A stretch of DNA of 64,000 bases from Octopus sinensis (Eukaryota): positions 112,654,001 to 112,718,000 of the forward strand of contig NC_043002.1 in the NCBI RefSeq assembly GCF_006345805.1, given 5' to 3'. Numbering within the stretch: the stretch's first letter is position 1; each line of letters starts with the position of its first letter. Below, in pieces: positions 13,426 through 25,383 of the stretch. The notes below the pieces were generated by a model, which saw only the letters and a program-made list of their open reading frames with translations, ran no database searches and was not told where the DNA came from. Both the position numbers and the translations under genes were made by a program.

Positions 13426-14296
13426 TACATTGCTTGCTTTATTTGTGACTGTCGTGCGTGTCTTCGGGCTTCCGTCTGGTATTTCCAAGTCAAGCAATGA
13501 CTTCCTGCTAGTCTAGTCTGTTGGTTTATCTAGTACAAATTTCGTTCATAATTTGTACGTTACTAAAATAAAAATTAAGACCTTAAACTTTGACTATATT
13601 ATTAGCAGCAGTTCACTTTTGACATATTTTGGTAATGAAGTGTATGGATGCGACGGAGTCTTTTCGTATAGATAAATGATTTACTGCGATTTTTCCTTTA
13701 TCCGGATGACACATTTTATTTTATTTATTCTGCACTGTATACAGGGCTGGTTTGAAACCAATTAGACAGATGAGTTCAAACTGGACCCAGCGCCAAGAAA
13801 AGGCCCCATGCACACGTTCAAGCAAAAGGTGTTATGATGAATTAAACCCTTTGACTGTGTCAAGCAAAAATATCTAAAGGTTTTTTGGTTTCTCTTACGA
13901 CCAGCGGATTTACCCCATGACTTTAGAAAAACGTCTTATTTAACTGCAGTATTTATATTCTGCGAAATGCGTGCCTGGCAACGTCTGATATTTAGGGCAT
14001 CATAATCAGCTCGGCTAAATTACCGCAACAAGCACAAAGCCTACTCACAAACAGTCTATCAGTAATTATCTTGACTTGTAAAAAAAAAAACATTATAACT
14101 TTCATAAAAGCTTTCAAATTTTAATATGTCATTGTAACTAATGGTGAAGCCTCAACCATCAATGCTTTTGGTTGGGACTGGCTTACTGCACGAAGCATAA
14201 AACATCAGTCCTCAGATATTGTAGGATACAGCGCCCCACTGACAATTTTTATATTTCGGATCTGCACTTCCTAGCACCGGCCCTGGCTCCATATCT

Positions 14297-14698
14297 CTCT
14301 TTCTTTTACTTGTTTCAGTCATTTTGACTGCGGCCATGCTAGAGCACCGCCTTTAGTCGAGCAAATCGACCCCGGGACTTATTCTTTGTAAGCCCAGTAC
14401 TTATTCTATCGGTCTCTTTTACCGAACCGCTAAGTGACGGGGACATAAACACACCAGCATCGGTTGTCAAGAAATGCTAGGGGGACAGACACAGACACAC
14501 AAACACACACAAACACATATTTATATACATATATACGACGGGCTTCTTTCAGTTTCCGTCTACCAAATCCACTCACAAGGCTTTGGTCGGCCCGAGGCTA
14601 TAGTAGAAGACACTTGCCCAAGGTGACACGCAGTGGGACTGAAACCGGAACCATGTGGTTGGTAAGCAAGCTACTTACCACACAGCCACTCCTGCGCC
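14297..14698 (-). mobile_element. SINE family A, full length
   Basis: Reverse complement of the 687-1157 consensus, with a short internal CA/TA tract. Confidence 0.93.
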
Positions 14699-16852
14699 TA
14701 TATTAGTCTTTGGTATAATCTCATATTAGTTTCATAGAAATTATATTCGAAAAACTTACCGTTTGTCTGATTTTCCTAAATTCATATAATGTTTATGATA
14801 TTTTAACAAAATTGATGGCTATGCATCCTTTCTCCATGCCGTTTTCATTCTCTCTGAAAATAATTTCTTTTTACAATGTGATATTTCTTCTCTCAAGAAA
14901 ATTACTTCTTTATTCTGTACCATTATCCATGGTGTGCATTATCTTCCAGCCCCTATACCATATTACGGCTGTATTGGGAATATATGTATTCAGTACCAGG
15001 TGTTGAGATGGCTGCTTGTATATTATTACAGGAGTTCGTACAGAGATGAAAACTACATTCAAGAACTATATATTTACTTCATAAAAATCTATTTTATTTA
15101 CTGCTCGATGATGATACATAATCAAAATGTAGAATATAGATGAATGAAGTAATTTATGCAAGAAAGGTCAGATATAGGAAATGTAGAAATAACAGCTAAG
15201 TGGTGGCTTTCATTCATGTGGCGTAGAGAAATAGACGGACATAGCAATGACGTGAATGGCTCTAAGTCTAATCGGCTATGAAGCGAAGAGCAGGGTTATC
15301 AAGCTGCTTTTATTAATGGAACGCTAGACATTCTAGAAACTTCCAAGAGAAATGCTAAGCTTCTTGAATAATTAAGAATCACGTCTCATGACACAGATGC
15401 TTCGAAGAACTTAGAAAAGGGAAGTTACTCTATAATCTTTCTTGCGAGGGAGATCATTCAACTATTTAGCTACATAGACTGCTACACGCTCCCTAGGCAG
15501 AGGTAACGTTATACAACAGTGAAAATTTAAAAATGTATATATCATAAAATGTCAATTGTAATAAATGTTTGTTAAATTCTTGGGCCAATTCACATGTCTA
15601 CAGCTTTTGATAGTCAGAATTTGTGACGTTGTGTGTAAAGGACGCGTTTGTAATTCAATATAGAGGTAGAGAAAATCGTGCATCTCGGAAAACAGAATCC
15701 AAGGAAATATATAGAGAACAGGATTTATTCGAGTGTGTCCGAATAGCAGTGTCGTTTTATGTGGGCAGAGTGCAGAAAATGCCTGTCAGAGCGTGACTGA
15801 GGCAGAGTGTATGTGCACACGAGTGGCAAAAACGACAGCGACACGCTGGCGCGTTGCAAGAGAAGGCAACTTTCTATATATAACGTGACCATCCAGTTGT
15901 GTCTTACAAATACGCGGTGAGCATGAGAAAGCAACCCCTAAGTATGGTATATGGTGCATGTGTATAACTTGGTGAATGCATACAAGCATGTGGGCGAACG
16001 TTGAGACAATTTTACAAATATACAGAATATTCGTAAAAAAATATCTGCGTGAATAGATATTCTGAAAAATTAAGAATTAAGTGATACACAAAACTAAAGC
16101 AAATGCAAAGGAAAGTGAGCAAATATATGAAAAAGCAAGCAACAGAAATGCCAAACCAGGCGCAAGCTAAGGAAACGTTCTAGTCTACGTGCAAGGGTTC
16201 AAGTTAGTTCAAGTCATGCAAGGTTTTAGAAAGTCCACAGAAATTGCCAGAATCAATGCCTTTGTTTGTGACCCTCCCCCATTAAACATGTTTATAATTT
16301 CCCAATTTCTAAAATCACTAACGTGTATTTCTATAGAACCTGAGTCCCTGAATAAAGAACAATGAAAGCACACTAATGGCACCAATTAGCTTATTTGAGT
16401 TATATATTTGCATTTGACCCTTCAAGTCTTAGTGATATTTTGTTTACCCTTTCCAACAATGTCATCTATCTTCGACAAAGCTATCCATCTTCAACTTTCC
16501 AACAGATTCTGTACAACGACCTCTTGTGGCAGTTTTAAACAAAACTGAAATATTTTAAAATCACTGATTCAATGATCAAAACCCAGTCAATGGAATTTTT
16601 TTGTTATTCATATCAATGAGTGCCATGTCACAATCTTTCTCTTCTCTTCTGAAGAAGAAATATCACATTGTAAAAAGAAATGACCATAAACCCGATTCAG
16701 TTGGTTAATTTGTGAAAACTTTGGTCCTGTTTATGTAAGACAATTTCACAAAGTCTATTACTAGTTCCTTATGTTCCAGTTAGATAGTACGGCTGCTATT
16801 TGAGAAATAAAAGGAGTGTCGTAATTTTTATTAGGACATCAGCTACTGACCA

Positions 16853-17035
16853 AAGGCTGACCCTATTTCAAAGGGTCAGCCTTGTCACTCTCTGTGTCAC
16901 GCTGATTATCCCCGAGAACTACGTTAAGGGTACACGTGTCTGTGGAATGCTCAGCCATTTGCACGTTAATTTCACGAGCAAGCTGTTCCGTTGATCGTAT
17001 CAGCTGGGACCCTCGTCGTCGTAACCGGCGGAGTC
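16853..17035 (+). mobile_element. 5'-truncated SINE, 3' module shared by family B and the CORE-head variant
   Basis: Matches the family B 3' half (CCTTGTCACTCTCTGTGTCACGCTGA...CGTCGTAACCG); 12-bp fold-back at the truncation point. Confidence 0.85.
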
Positions 17036-17039
17036 TTTT

Positions 17040-18560
17040 TTTTTTTAAGCTAAGGCTGACACGGTTGACAAAACATGTCCAATCAATGCTTTGAATGTTT
17101 ACTGTCCATAATTTCTAAAGAATGAACACATGATTAAGTTTGTAACCTTTTGTAGGTTTCCCGCTACGTTCGTGCGTTAGTGTCACGTGACAGTATATTT
17201 TGCGTCTAAAAAGAAGGCCGAGTTTTGTGTGTGAATAGTTTTTTGTGTATGTACTCTGTCAAAGTTTGTTAAGTTTTGTTTTGTACTTTTGTATGAAAGT
17301 ATTTTCTTTGTTTATCCGTGCTTCATCTGTGGTATTCGCTGAACATAGGTAGCGTGAGAAGACCTGAAATTTTGGGGACATTTTTTTCCACATGTGTCTT
17401 TGTGTTCACTCAGTGGAATCTGTGTAGTACTTGGGTTTCGTATTCGTTGTCGGTGAATGGCCAGTCTATTTCTTAGAGTAAGCTTTGTTTGATCTATATA
17501 ATCTTCATTACATCCTTGACATTTGATAGCGTATATTAAATTCCTTGAAGAATATGTAATGTAATTGTTTACAGTAAAAATATGTCCTGGTTTGAATTTG
17601 TATGTTGTCGTCAATAAGGTTGATGTAGGTCCCGCAACTGGGACGGCTACTCCTCTTAAGTGTTAGTATAGGAATTGTAGAAGGTAATTTAGCACTTGTG
17701 AGGAATTTTTGAAAGTACTTTGTTTTGTATTTTTGATTATTTTGTGTATTCCGAAGGCTTGTTTCATTCTTGGGTCGTGTTGTGGTAATGGGATGTTCTG
17801 GTGGATAATATAGGCTTAGGCAGTCATCTAAGTAACGTCTCTAGTTTTCTAGTAGATATTTGTGGAAGTTTAAGCCATATATTAATTTGGGTTGTTCATA
17901 TATCTGGACCTCCATGTATGCATGACTAGATTGGCGGAAGTCGGAGCAATTGTTGTCCTCATCGCAGTTCCAGATATTTGCTTGTAAATATTGCCATCGA
18001 ATCGAAGTCAAAAAGTTGTTTTCCAGGATGAATTTCAGGCCTTCAGGGATGAAACTCTTTTCATTTCCATCTGGTATTTCATGAAAGAATTTCTCAAGCC
18101 AAGAATTTATTGCTTCCAGTCCATATTGGTGTGGGATTATGGTATAGATGTTATGTTGTTTCTGCTGTTGATCAAAGAAAGATATTCCAGCAATTACTAT
18201 CCTCATTCTTGCATGCACAATGTATTTTTCCCTCCCTTTTCAAGATGATAGGCTGCAATTTAAGGAAGATTTAACTGCTATTTCCAGCAGACCGATCGAC
18301 CGATTAAAGGTCACCAAACTACCTAGGCCGTCTTGTTACATCTACATTGCATGTGTTATTATTTATCCTTTGTTCCAACAACATGGACCATTCCAATTGA
18401 CGTGCTTTGAACTACTATTCTGTTGTGAAAAACAGCTGTCGGTGCCATAATTCAGCTAACTGTCTCACTTAAAATTTTTATAAAAACTAAGCTATAAATT
18501 GAACAGAAACCTTCACTTTACCCAAATTCTGCAACTTTCATTCTAGAGGAGATCGATATT
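17040..18560 (-). mobile_element. Penelope-like element fragment (RT + GIY-YIG endonuclease), degenerate
   Basis: ORF 17312..17614 NLIYAIKCQGCNEDYIDQT..LRNRLAIHR is a GIY-YIG signature; ORF 17841..18218 IYTIIPHQYGLEAI..W and ILENNF is PLE RT-like. Boundaries approximate. Confidence 0.82.
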
Positions 18561-18840
18561 ATAATTGTTTAGGGATTGATAAGAACAGAGGATAGAATAG
18601 TTAAAATGGGAAAATAGTACGAAAATACCATACAACAGATAGGCAGCGATAACAGCAATGCTTTTATGTTTTCTTGCTACTAATGCATATCTCATCATGA
18701 ATATCCAATAATGCATTTGCAACAGTGAAGTTAGTACAAACGTTCGATCAACTTGATTGCACTTCAGGGATATCTTAGATATTACATAAATCCATAAAGT
18801 AATAAACCCCAGGAGATTGATATTTCTATCGTAACTGGAA

Positions 18841-18890
18841 TTATTATTATTATTATTATTATATTATTATTATTATCATATTATTATATT

Positions 18891-18922
<32 letters not shown>

Positions 18923-18999
18923 ATCATTATTATTATATTATATTATTATTATTATTTTATTGTTATTATTATTATCATCATCATATTATATTATTATTA

Positions 19000-19041
<42 letters not shown>

Positions 19042-19115
19042 CATCATCATTCTTTTATTACTATTATTATTATATATTATTATTATTATATTATTATTAT
19101 ATTATTATTATTATT
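18841..19115. repeat. (ATT)n/(ATC)n tract forming the 3' flank or tail of the Dong element
   Basis: Directly visible. Confidence 0.95.
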
Positions 19116-22100
19116 CGTAGTTTTATTTTTATAGCGTGCTTTCACTTCACTACCGAGCGCAGCTCTGTGTGCCTGGGGTATGTGCTGTGATTTGTTGTGA
19201 TGCTCTGATGGTTATTGTATGGAAAGTGTTCTGCGTAGGATGTGTGCAGTGCCTAGTAGTGCAATTTTCTGTATGTTATATGTGTTTGTAAGTCCTGGTG
19301 TTTTGTTATGTATTTGTCTGAATATTTTTTTATCATGCCTAATGCACCTACTATGATAGGAATTGTTTCTGTTTTCAGATTCCACATTCTAGTTACCTCT
19401 ATTTCCAGGTCTTTGTATTTTGAGAGTTTCTCCATTTCTTTTAGAGACACGTTGTCATCTGCCGGTATTGATACATCAATTAGAAAGCATTTTTTTCTTC
19501 ATGATCTCTGACAACTATATCTGGTCTGTTGGCCTTAATTTCTCTATCTGTGTGTATCGGCATATCCCAGAATATGGTTGCTTTCTCGTTTTCTGTGACC
19601 TTTTCTGGTGTGTGCCTATACCATCTTTTTTCTGTTGTTATTCCATAATGTTGGCATAGCTTCCAATGTATGTAGGTTCCAACTCTGTCATGTCTGTGAA
19701 TATATTCCTTCTTAGCCAGGACTGGGCAGCTAGAGATAATATGATTTATTGTTTCTTGTCCATCTCCACATATTCTGCAGTTACTTGTAATATTTCTTTT
19801 CATTACATGTTTTTGTAATTTCTGGTGGGGAGGCTTTGGTCTTGTGCTGCAATTAAAAATCCCTCTGTTTCTGCTTTGAGTCCTGAGCTTCTCAACCATT
19901 GCTGGGATTTTTCTTTGTCTATTTCTTTTGCGTTTAGTTTAGTGCAGTATTTACCATGAAGGGGTTTTTCTTGCCATCGTTTTATCATGGCTCGTTGCTG
20001 TTCTATTTTAGTTTGGATTTCATTTGTTTTATAGCTTTTGTTGTTTCTTCATCATCTTCTTCTTCTTCTTCTTTGTGTTTATTAGGTGGTATGATTTCTT
20101 GTTTGTATTTGTCAGCTTCCTTAAATACTGAGAACAGTTTTTTGTTTTGCTCGTGTTTTGCTGCTATCTGGATCAGTTTTCCTTCCTTCTGAAGTAGGTA
20201 TTTTTGCAGTCCTATGGTGGTTATTTTAATAGTTTTTCCAGCTGTATAAGGCCTCTACCACCTCTATACGTTGTATATATAGTTTTCTATGTAAGATTTT
20301 GGGTGATGCATCCTAGATCCTGTCAGTATTTTTCTTGTTTTCCTATCTATTTTGGACAGTTCATTTCGTGTCCAGTTAAGGATATTGTAGCTGTAACTTA
20401 TAACTGGGACAGCTAAAGTGTTGATACCTATTATCTTGTTTTTAGCATTGAGCTCTGTTTTTAGTATTGATCTAACTCGTCTATATTATTCTTATTTTAT
20501 TTTCTCTTTCATTTGTGTGTGTTGTGTCTTATCTAGTTCATGGATTCCTAAGTATTTGTAAGTTTGGCTTTGGTCTAATTCTTTTATTTCATTGGTTTTA
20601 TCTAGTGTGATGTTGTTACTCTTAACTAGTTTTCCTCTTTTCATGGTTACTTTGGCGCATTTTTCTAATCCAAATTTCATATCTATTTCTTTGGTAAATC
20701 CATGAACTGTCTTTAATAGTGTTTCCAGCTGTTTGTCATTTGCAGCGTATAGTTTTAGGTCATCCATATATAAAAGGTGGCTGATCGTTTTGCCGTAATA
20801 TTTATATCCGCATCCAGTTCTATTTAGCATATCAGATAGAGGTGACAGTGCCAAGCAGAAAAGGAGTGGAGAGAGCGTGTCTCCCTGGAATATTCCTCTC
20901 CTAATGGGATGTCTTTGGTTTTCATGAGTCCCTTTTTGTTTGGAGTGTAGGACTGTTTGCCATTTATTCATAGAGTGCTCTATGAATTTTATGATTGTTG
21001 GTGCTACTTTGTTAATGGCTAGTGTTTCGAGGATCCATGTGTGGGGGATGCTATCAAACGCCTTTTTGTATTCAATCCAGGCCATACTGAGGCCTTTCTT
21101 CTTTCTGTGGCTGTCTTCAGTTACGGCTTTATTAATCATTAGTTGATCTTTACAGCCATATGAGCCCTTGCGGCATCCTTTCTGCTCTTCTGGGAACAGT
21201 TTGTTTTCGTCCAGGTGCTTGTTCAGCCTTTGCGATATCACTGCAGTAAATGCCTTGAAATAGTAGGGAGGCAGGTTATTGGTCTGTAGTTTTCTGGTTT
21301 TTTGTTTCATTTCATTTGGGAATTAAGATGGTTTTCCCCTTCGTGAGCCATTCAGGCATTGTCTCTGGCTCTGCTAGTATGCTGTTAAAGTTTTCAGCCA
21401 GCTTTTGTGCATTCCTGTTAGATATTTCAACCAGAAGTTGGGGATCTTGTCATGCCCAGGTGCCTTCCAGTTGCTTAGTTTTTGCAGTGCCTGGGTGACC
21501 TCTTCAGTTGTTATGGGAGTCCAAAGTTTTCAGATGCCGAGTTTGTTATTTCATACTCCTTTTTTTTGGCTGTTCGTTCGCCGACCATATTTCTTTCCAG
21601 AATTCTTCCAATTCTTCTGCCGTTGGTGCTGAAGTGACTTCTATTTTATTTTTGCCCAGTTCTTGGTAGAACTTTTTGGGGTCGGAGTTGAACTTTTTGT
21701 TCTGTTCAAAGAAGCGTTGGCGTTTCTCGTACCGGCGGATCCTTTGAGCTTTGGCAAGGATATCTTGCTTCAGCTTTTCTTTTATCTCCGGCAAATCTTT
21801 TTCTGTGATGTTATATTTGCGGAGCATTTTTGTTCTCTTTTTGTTGCTCAGTAGAGTTGCTTGTTTGCTGATTTCATTAAGAATCGACAGGTCTTTTCTA
21901 ATTTTTTTTATTTTGTTTTGGATGTTATTTATCCACAGGGTTTGTTTGGGTGGTGGTACTCCTGTTTGGGGGCGGTTTGGGTGAGTATCCAGCTTCTTTT
22001 GTGGCTGCAGTGGCTGCTGCGTATATCAAGTCATTTAGTTCAGTGATATCACTTTTTTTTGTTTCAGTGGCTAGTTCAGTGGCGGCTAGGTTTATGTTGT

Positions 22101-23105
22101 TTATAATTGGTGTTGTTATTGCGTTTATTTTTATTCTTGGGAGGTATGTTCGGTGGTCCATTTTGAGCTCTGTGGTTTTTAGTTCTTTGATTATTTTATT
22201 TTATATTATCATAATCATTAGGCTCCCCTTCGTTGTTTACATCGTGTTTGTTGGGAATGTTGCGTTTGTCTTCGTGTTTTACAGTTTCAGTGTTTATATT
22301 ATTGGGCATTGTTGTGTGGCTTCTATCTACATGTTCCTGGTGTATTTTTTCTTTTAAATGTTCTATTTCTATTTCTGATATTTTTTTGGCTTTGAGAATG
22401 TAACTTCGTACGTTAGATAATTTATTAGGGTTCATTGCTGTATCCAAGTCTATATCTCTATTATTTTCCTTCCATATTTTATATGTATGTGTTGTTGTAT
22501 TTTCATTTTGTGGGTAGAGCATTGCTGTGAAGTATGCGTGTAAGATAGAAATGTATTCCTCACGTGTCCATTTACGTCTTTTGGGTTTTAATTGCGGGAC
22601 ATGAGGTACAACGTCCGGCCCATTATTTTGACGCTCGTCATTTTCGTAGGGTACCGGTCCGTTTATTTCTGTGTCACATTATTTCGCACGTGTAGTTTTT
22701 CGTACATTTTTTGTTGTAGGTTTAATGTACGTACCGCTCGATTGTTATTCTTGGGTTGAATAGTATCGGTGGCATTTAATTTCTTCGTAGTTCCTTGTAC
22801 ATGGTGTTTGAGGTCGGGGATGATCGTGTTGTTCCACGCATGTTTACATGTGTTGTGTTAGAGGTGGAGATAATATCGAGTCAAAATACATCATTTCGTT
22901 TCGAAAATAGTAATAAATTTCAATTCGTATTACTTACTCGGATATAGTCCAATTCTTTGTTAGTAAATCTTTGGCTCCATAGGGTGTCCTTGTTTTCGAT
23001 GTTTGTGGATAGATTTCGGAGCTCTGTATTTTCCTTCTTACATCTTAAACGTCCCCGGTGTCTTCTCTTAAACGTCCCCGGTGTCTTCTCTTAAACGTCC
23101 CCGGT
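19116..23105 (-). mobile_element. R4/Dong-clade non-LTR retrotransposon (RT + RLE endonuclease), near full length (~4 kb), frameshifted
   Basis: RT ORF 20492..21310 (KKAFDSIPH, RGIFQGDTLSPLLF, LLYMDDLKLY, KFGLEKC, YKYLG); C-terminal CRICG..ETINHIISSC zinc knuckle, RHD, RPDIV and IIVGALG motifs of the RLE; N-terminal RKWTREE region near 22550-22580; both ends abut (TAA)n. Confidence 0.95.
20492..21310 (-). pseudogene. Reverse transcriptase domain of the Dong/R4 element (272-aa open stretch)
   Basis: Intact YMDD catalytic motif and RT subdomains; flanking parts of the ORF are frameshifted. Confidence 0.9.
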
Positions 23106-23164
23106 TTATTATTATTATTATTATTATTATAATTATTATTATTATTATTATTATTATTATAACT

Positions 23165-23345
23165 TTTGCGGGGGTGTTAGCAGAATTGTTAGAGAGTCGG
23201 GAGAAAATGCTTTGCGAGTATTTCTTCCGACTCCTTACGTTTTGTGTAAAATATACAACGCGGTCGACTTTGTCTTTCACCATTTCGAGGTCGATAAAAT
23301 AAGTACCAGCTGAGTATTGGGATTGATGTAATTGAGTTGCCCCAC
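23165..23345 (+). mobile_element. Degenerate CORE-type tRNA SINE
   Basis: GTCGACTTTGTCTTTCACCATTTCGAGGTCGATAAAATAAGTACCAG matches the intact copy at 57624-57854. Confidence 0.6.
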
Positions 23346-23483
23346 CACCACCACCAACACAACATTGCTGGTCTTGTGTCAAACTTATCATTATTTGTAA
23401 TATTGTTATTAGCAAAAGAAGAAGAATGCCATTGTCATCAAGTGAAGGATATTTCGAAATTTCGTGTGTCTTCTACGGAAACA

Positions 23484-23528
<45 letters not shown>

Positions 23529-24030
23529 GAGTGAGAGAGCAGTTCATGCCATCAAAGTGACACTGGGGTAAAATATACGAAGCCCAATATACCCATCATG
23601 ACTACCCGTCTGATAAGGGTACACCGGGCACATGCATCACAACCATATGTGCACGACATGGTGATCTCATATCAAGATAAACAGCACATGACCTTGCAGG
23701 TGGGGCCCAGTTAGAATTTTCTTCAGGTTGAGTAGCCCATCCCGCTCAAACGGTCCCTGAATAAGGGTTGTTTAAGGATGTTGAAAGAACCACCCATGTT
23801 TCCAGAGGTGAATTATTCAAACCCCAAAGAATCCCTCTCAACACATGGCTATGATGCTCCCCCACTACTTCTGCTCGTGATCAGAGATGCACATATCGTC
23901 AGCCACTAAGGGACATGCTCAACTGGTTAAGGTCAAACAACTGACAAGCAAATCTGTGGTATTGAGCAGAATATTTGCTGTAGCCCATCTTTTATACCAA
24001 GACAAAACAATGTACATGATAACACTTCCA
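23529..24030. mobile_element. 502-bp ORF-less element embedded in (ATT)n on both sides; candidate non-autonomous TAA-targeted retroelement or Dong 3' UTR
   Basis: Complex sequence with sharp boundaries into pure (ATT)n at 23483-23528 and 24031-24150; no tRNA boxes, TIRs or Helitron ends recognised. Single copy in this window. Confidence 0.5.
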
Positions 24031-24087
<57 letters not shown>

Positions 24088-24097
24088 CATTATTATA

Positions 24098-24131
<34 letters not shown>

Positions 24132-24155
24132 TATTATTATTATTATTATCATTGC

Positions 24156-24345
24156 AAGGCGACGAGCTGACAGAATTGTTAGCTATTGTTGGTATTTCGT
24201 CCGTCTTTAGACTCGGAGTTCAAGTGCCCCCATGGTTGACTTTGCTCTTCATCCTTTCGAAGTCGATAAAATACGTACTAGTTGAGTAATGGAGTCCTTG
24301 TAATCGACTATCCCCCCCTCTAAATTTCAGGCCTTGTGCCTTTAG
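24156..24345 (+). mobile_element. Degenerate CORE-type tRNA SINE
   Basis: AAGGCGACGAGCTGACAGAA head, GGAGTTCAAG B-box, GGTTGACTTTGCTCTTCATCCTTTCGAAGTCGATAAAAT core. Confidence 0.7.
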
Positions 24346-25316
24346 TAGAATAAATAAAAGATTTTTTTTTAATTCAGAAATTCAAAAACCCGACAAGGTG
24401 AACATCTCTTCCTCCTACTATTCCCAAAGACTGGAATATCTACAATTTCCTGTGAATATTTTAAATCTTCCTCAAAATAAAATAGGTTAGGAAACTTACA
24501 TACCTACAGCTTTCAAACACACAAACGATCAGCTTAAAAAAACTTTAATATCTACAACTACCTAACCTTTCCTTTCTCCCTGAGTATTTGAAAATATAAA
24601 CATCCTCCTCCTTTTTATTCTAAGAACACTACCATTTCTCTGTCCGGTCATACAAAAGACCATATTTAGTAAATCTTAAGACTTTACTATCTACAACATG
24701 TTTTCTTTTCATTTTGACTCTCTCTGAGTATTCAAAAATGTAAACATCCTTTTCAGTTCAAAAGTCCTACTATATTCTCCAACTGGACAGACAAACGAAC
24801 ATCTGACCTCTGTTGACCCAAAGGGTGTGTAGATTCTTTTGTCTCTATGGCTGACCTCCCCACCATCTGCAGAATCTATTTATAGACCTGTAGAATATTT
24901 ATTCCCCAAGCTACTACCTAAATATTTCCTTCAATAACCTCATATTTGTGATTATCTCAAGTACAAGACAAAATTTGAAAATAAAGGACATTAAGTAAAA
25001 AATTTTAATAATAAATGGAAATAGTAATGATAATAACAATGCCAGTGGTGGTGATGGTGATAATAATAAAATACAAATAATAATAATGATATGCTGCAGT
25101 TGCTAATATTACAACTACTACTATTATGGTAGCACAGGAATCTGAGGCCCAACTACCACCATTACCACTACCGCCAGCGCTGCTACGGTTGCTGGCACCA
25201 TTGCTGCTACTACACATAAAAAAATAATACCAGTTATATCAGTGATGATGATAATAATAATAACAACAACAACAACAACAACAATAATAATAACAATAAT
25301 AATATTAATAATAATA

Positions 25317-25381
<65 letters not shown>

Positions 25382-25383
<2 letters not shown>

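Noticed and set aside
17053-17090. CTGACACGG..AAAACATGTC, hammerhead-like next to the PLE fragment
   Set aside because: Core, stem I and stem II cannot be formed; only the ACATGT palindrome fits.
23043-23105. 23-bp direct repeats as a CRISPR array
   Set aside because: No spacers (head-to-tail tandem), eukaryotic context, no cas genes.
24990-25250. Ala/Thr/Pro-rich trinucleotide island as a coding exon
   Set aside because: Graded mixture of TAA/CTA/CCA/GCT repeats without clear splice signals; typical repeat decay.
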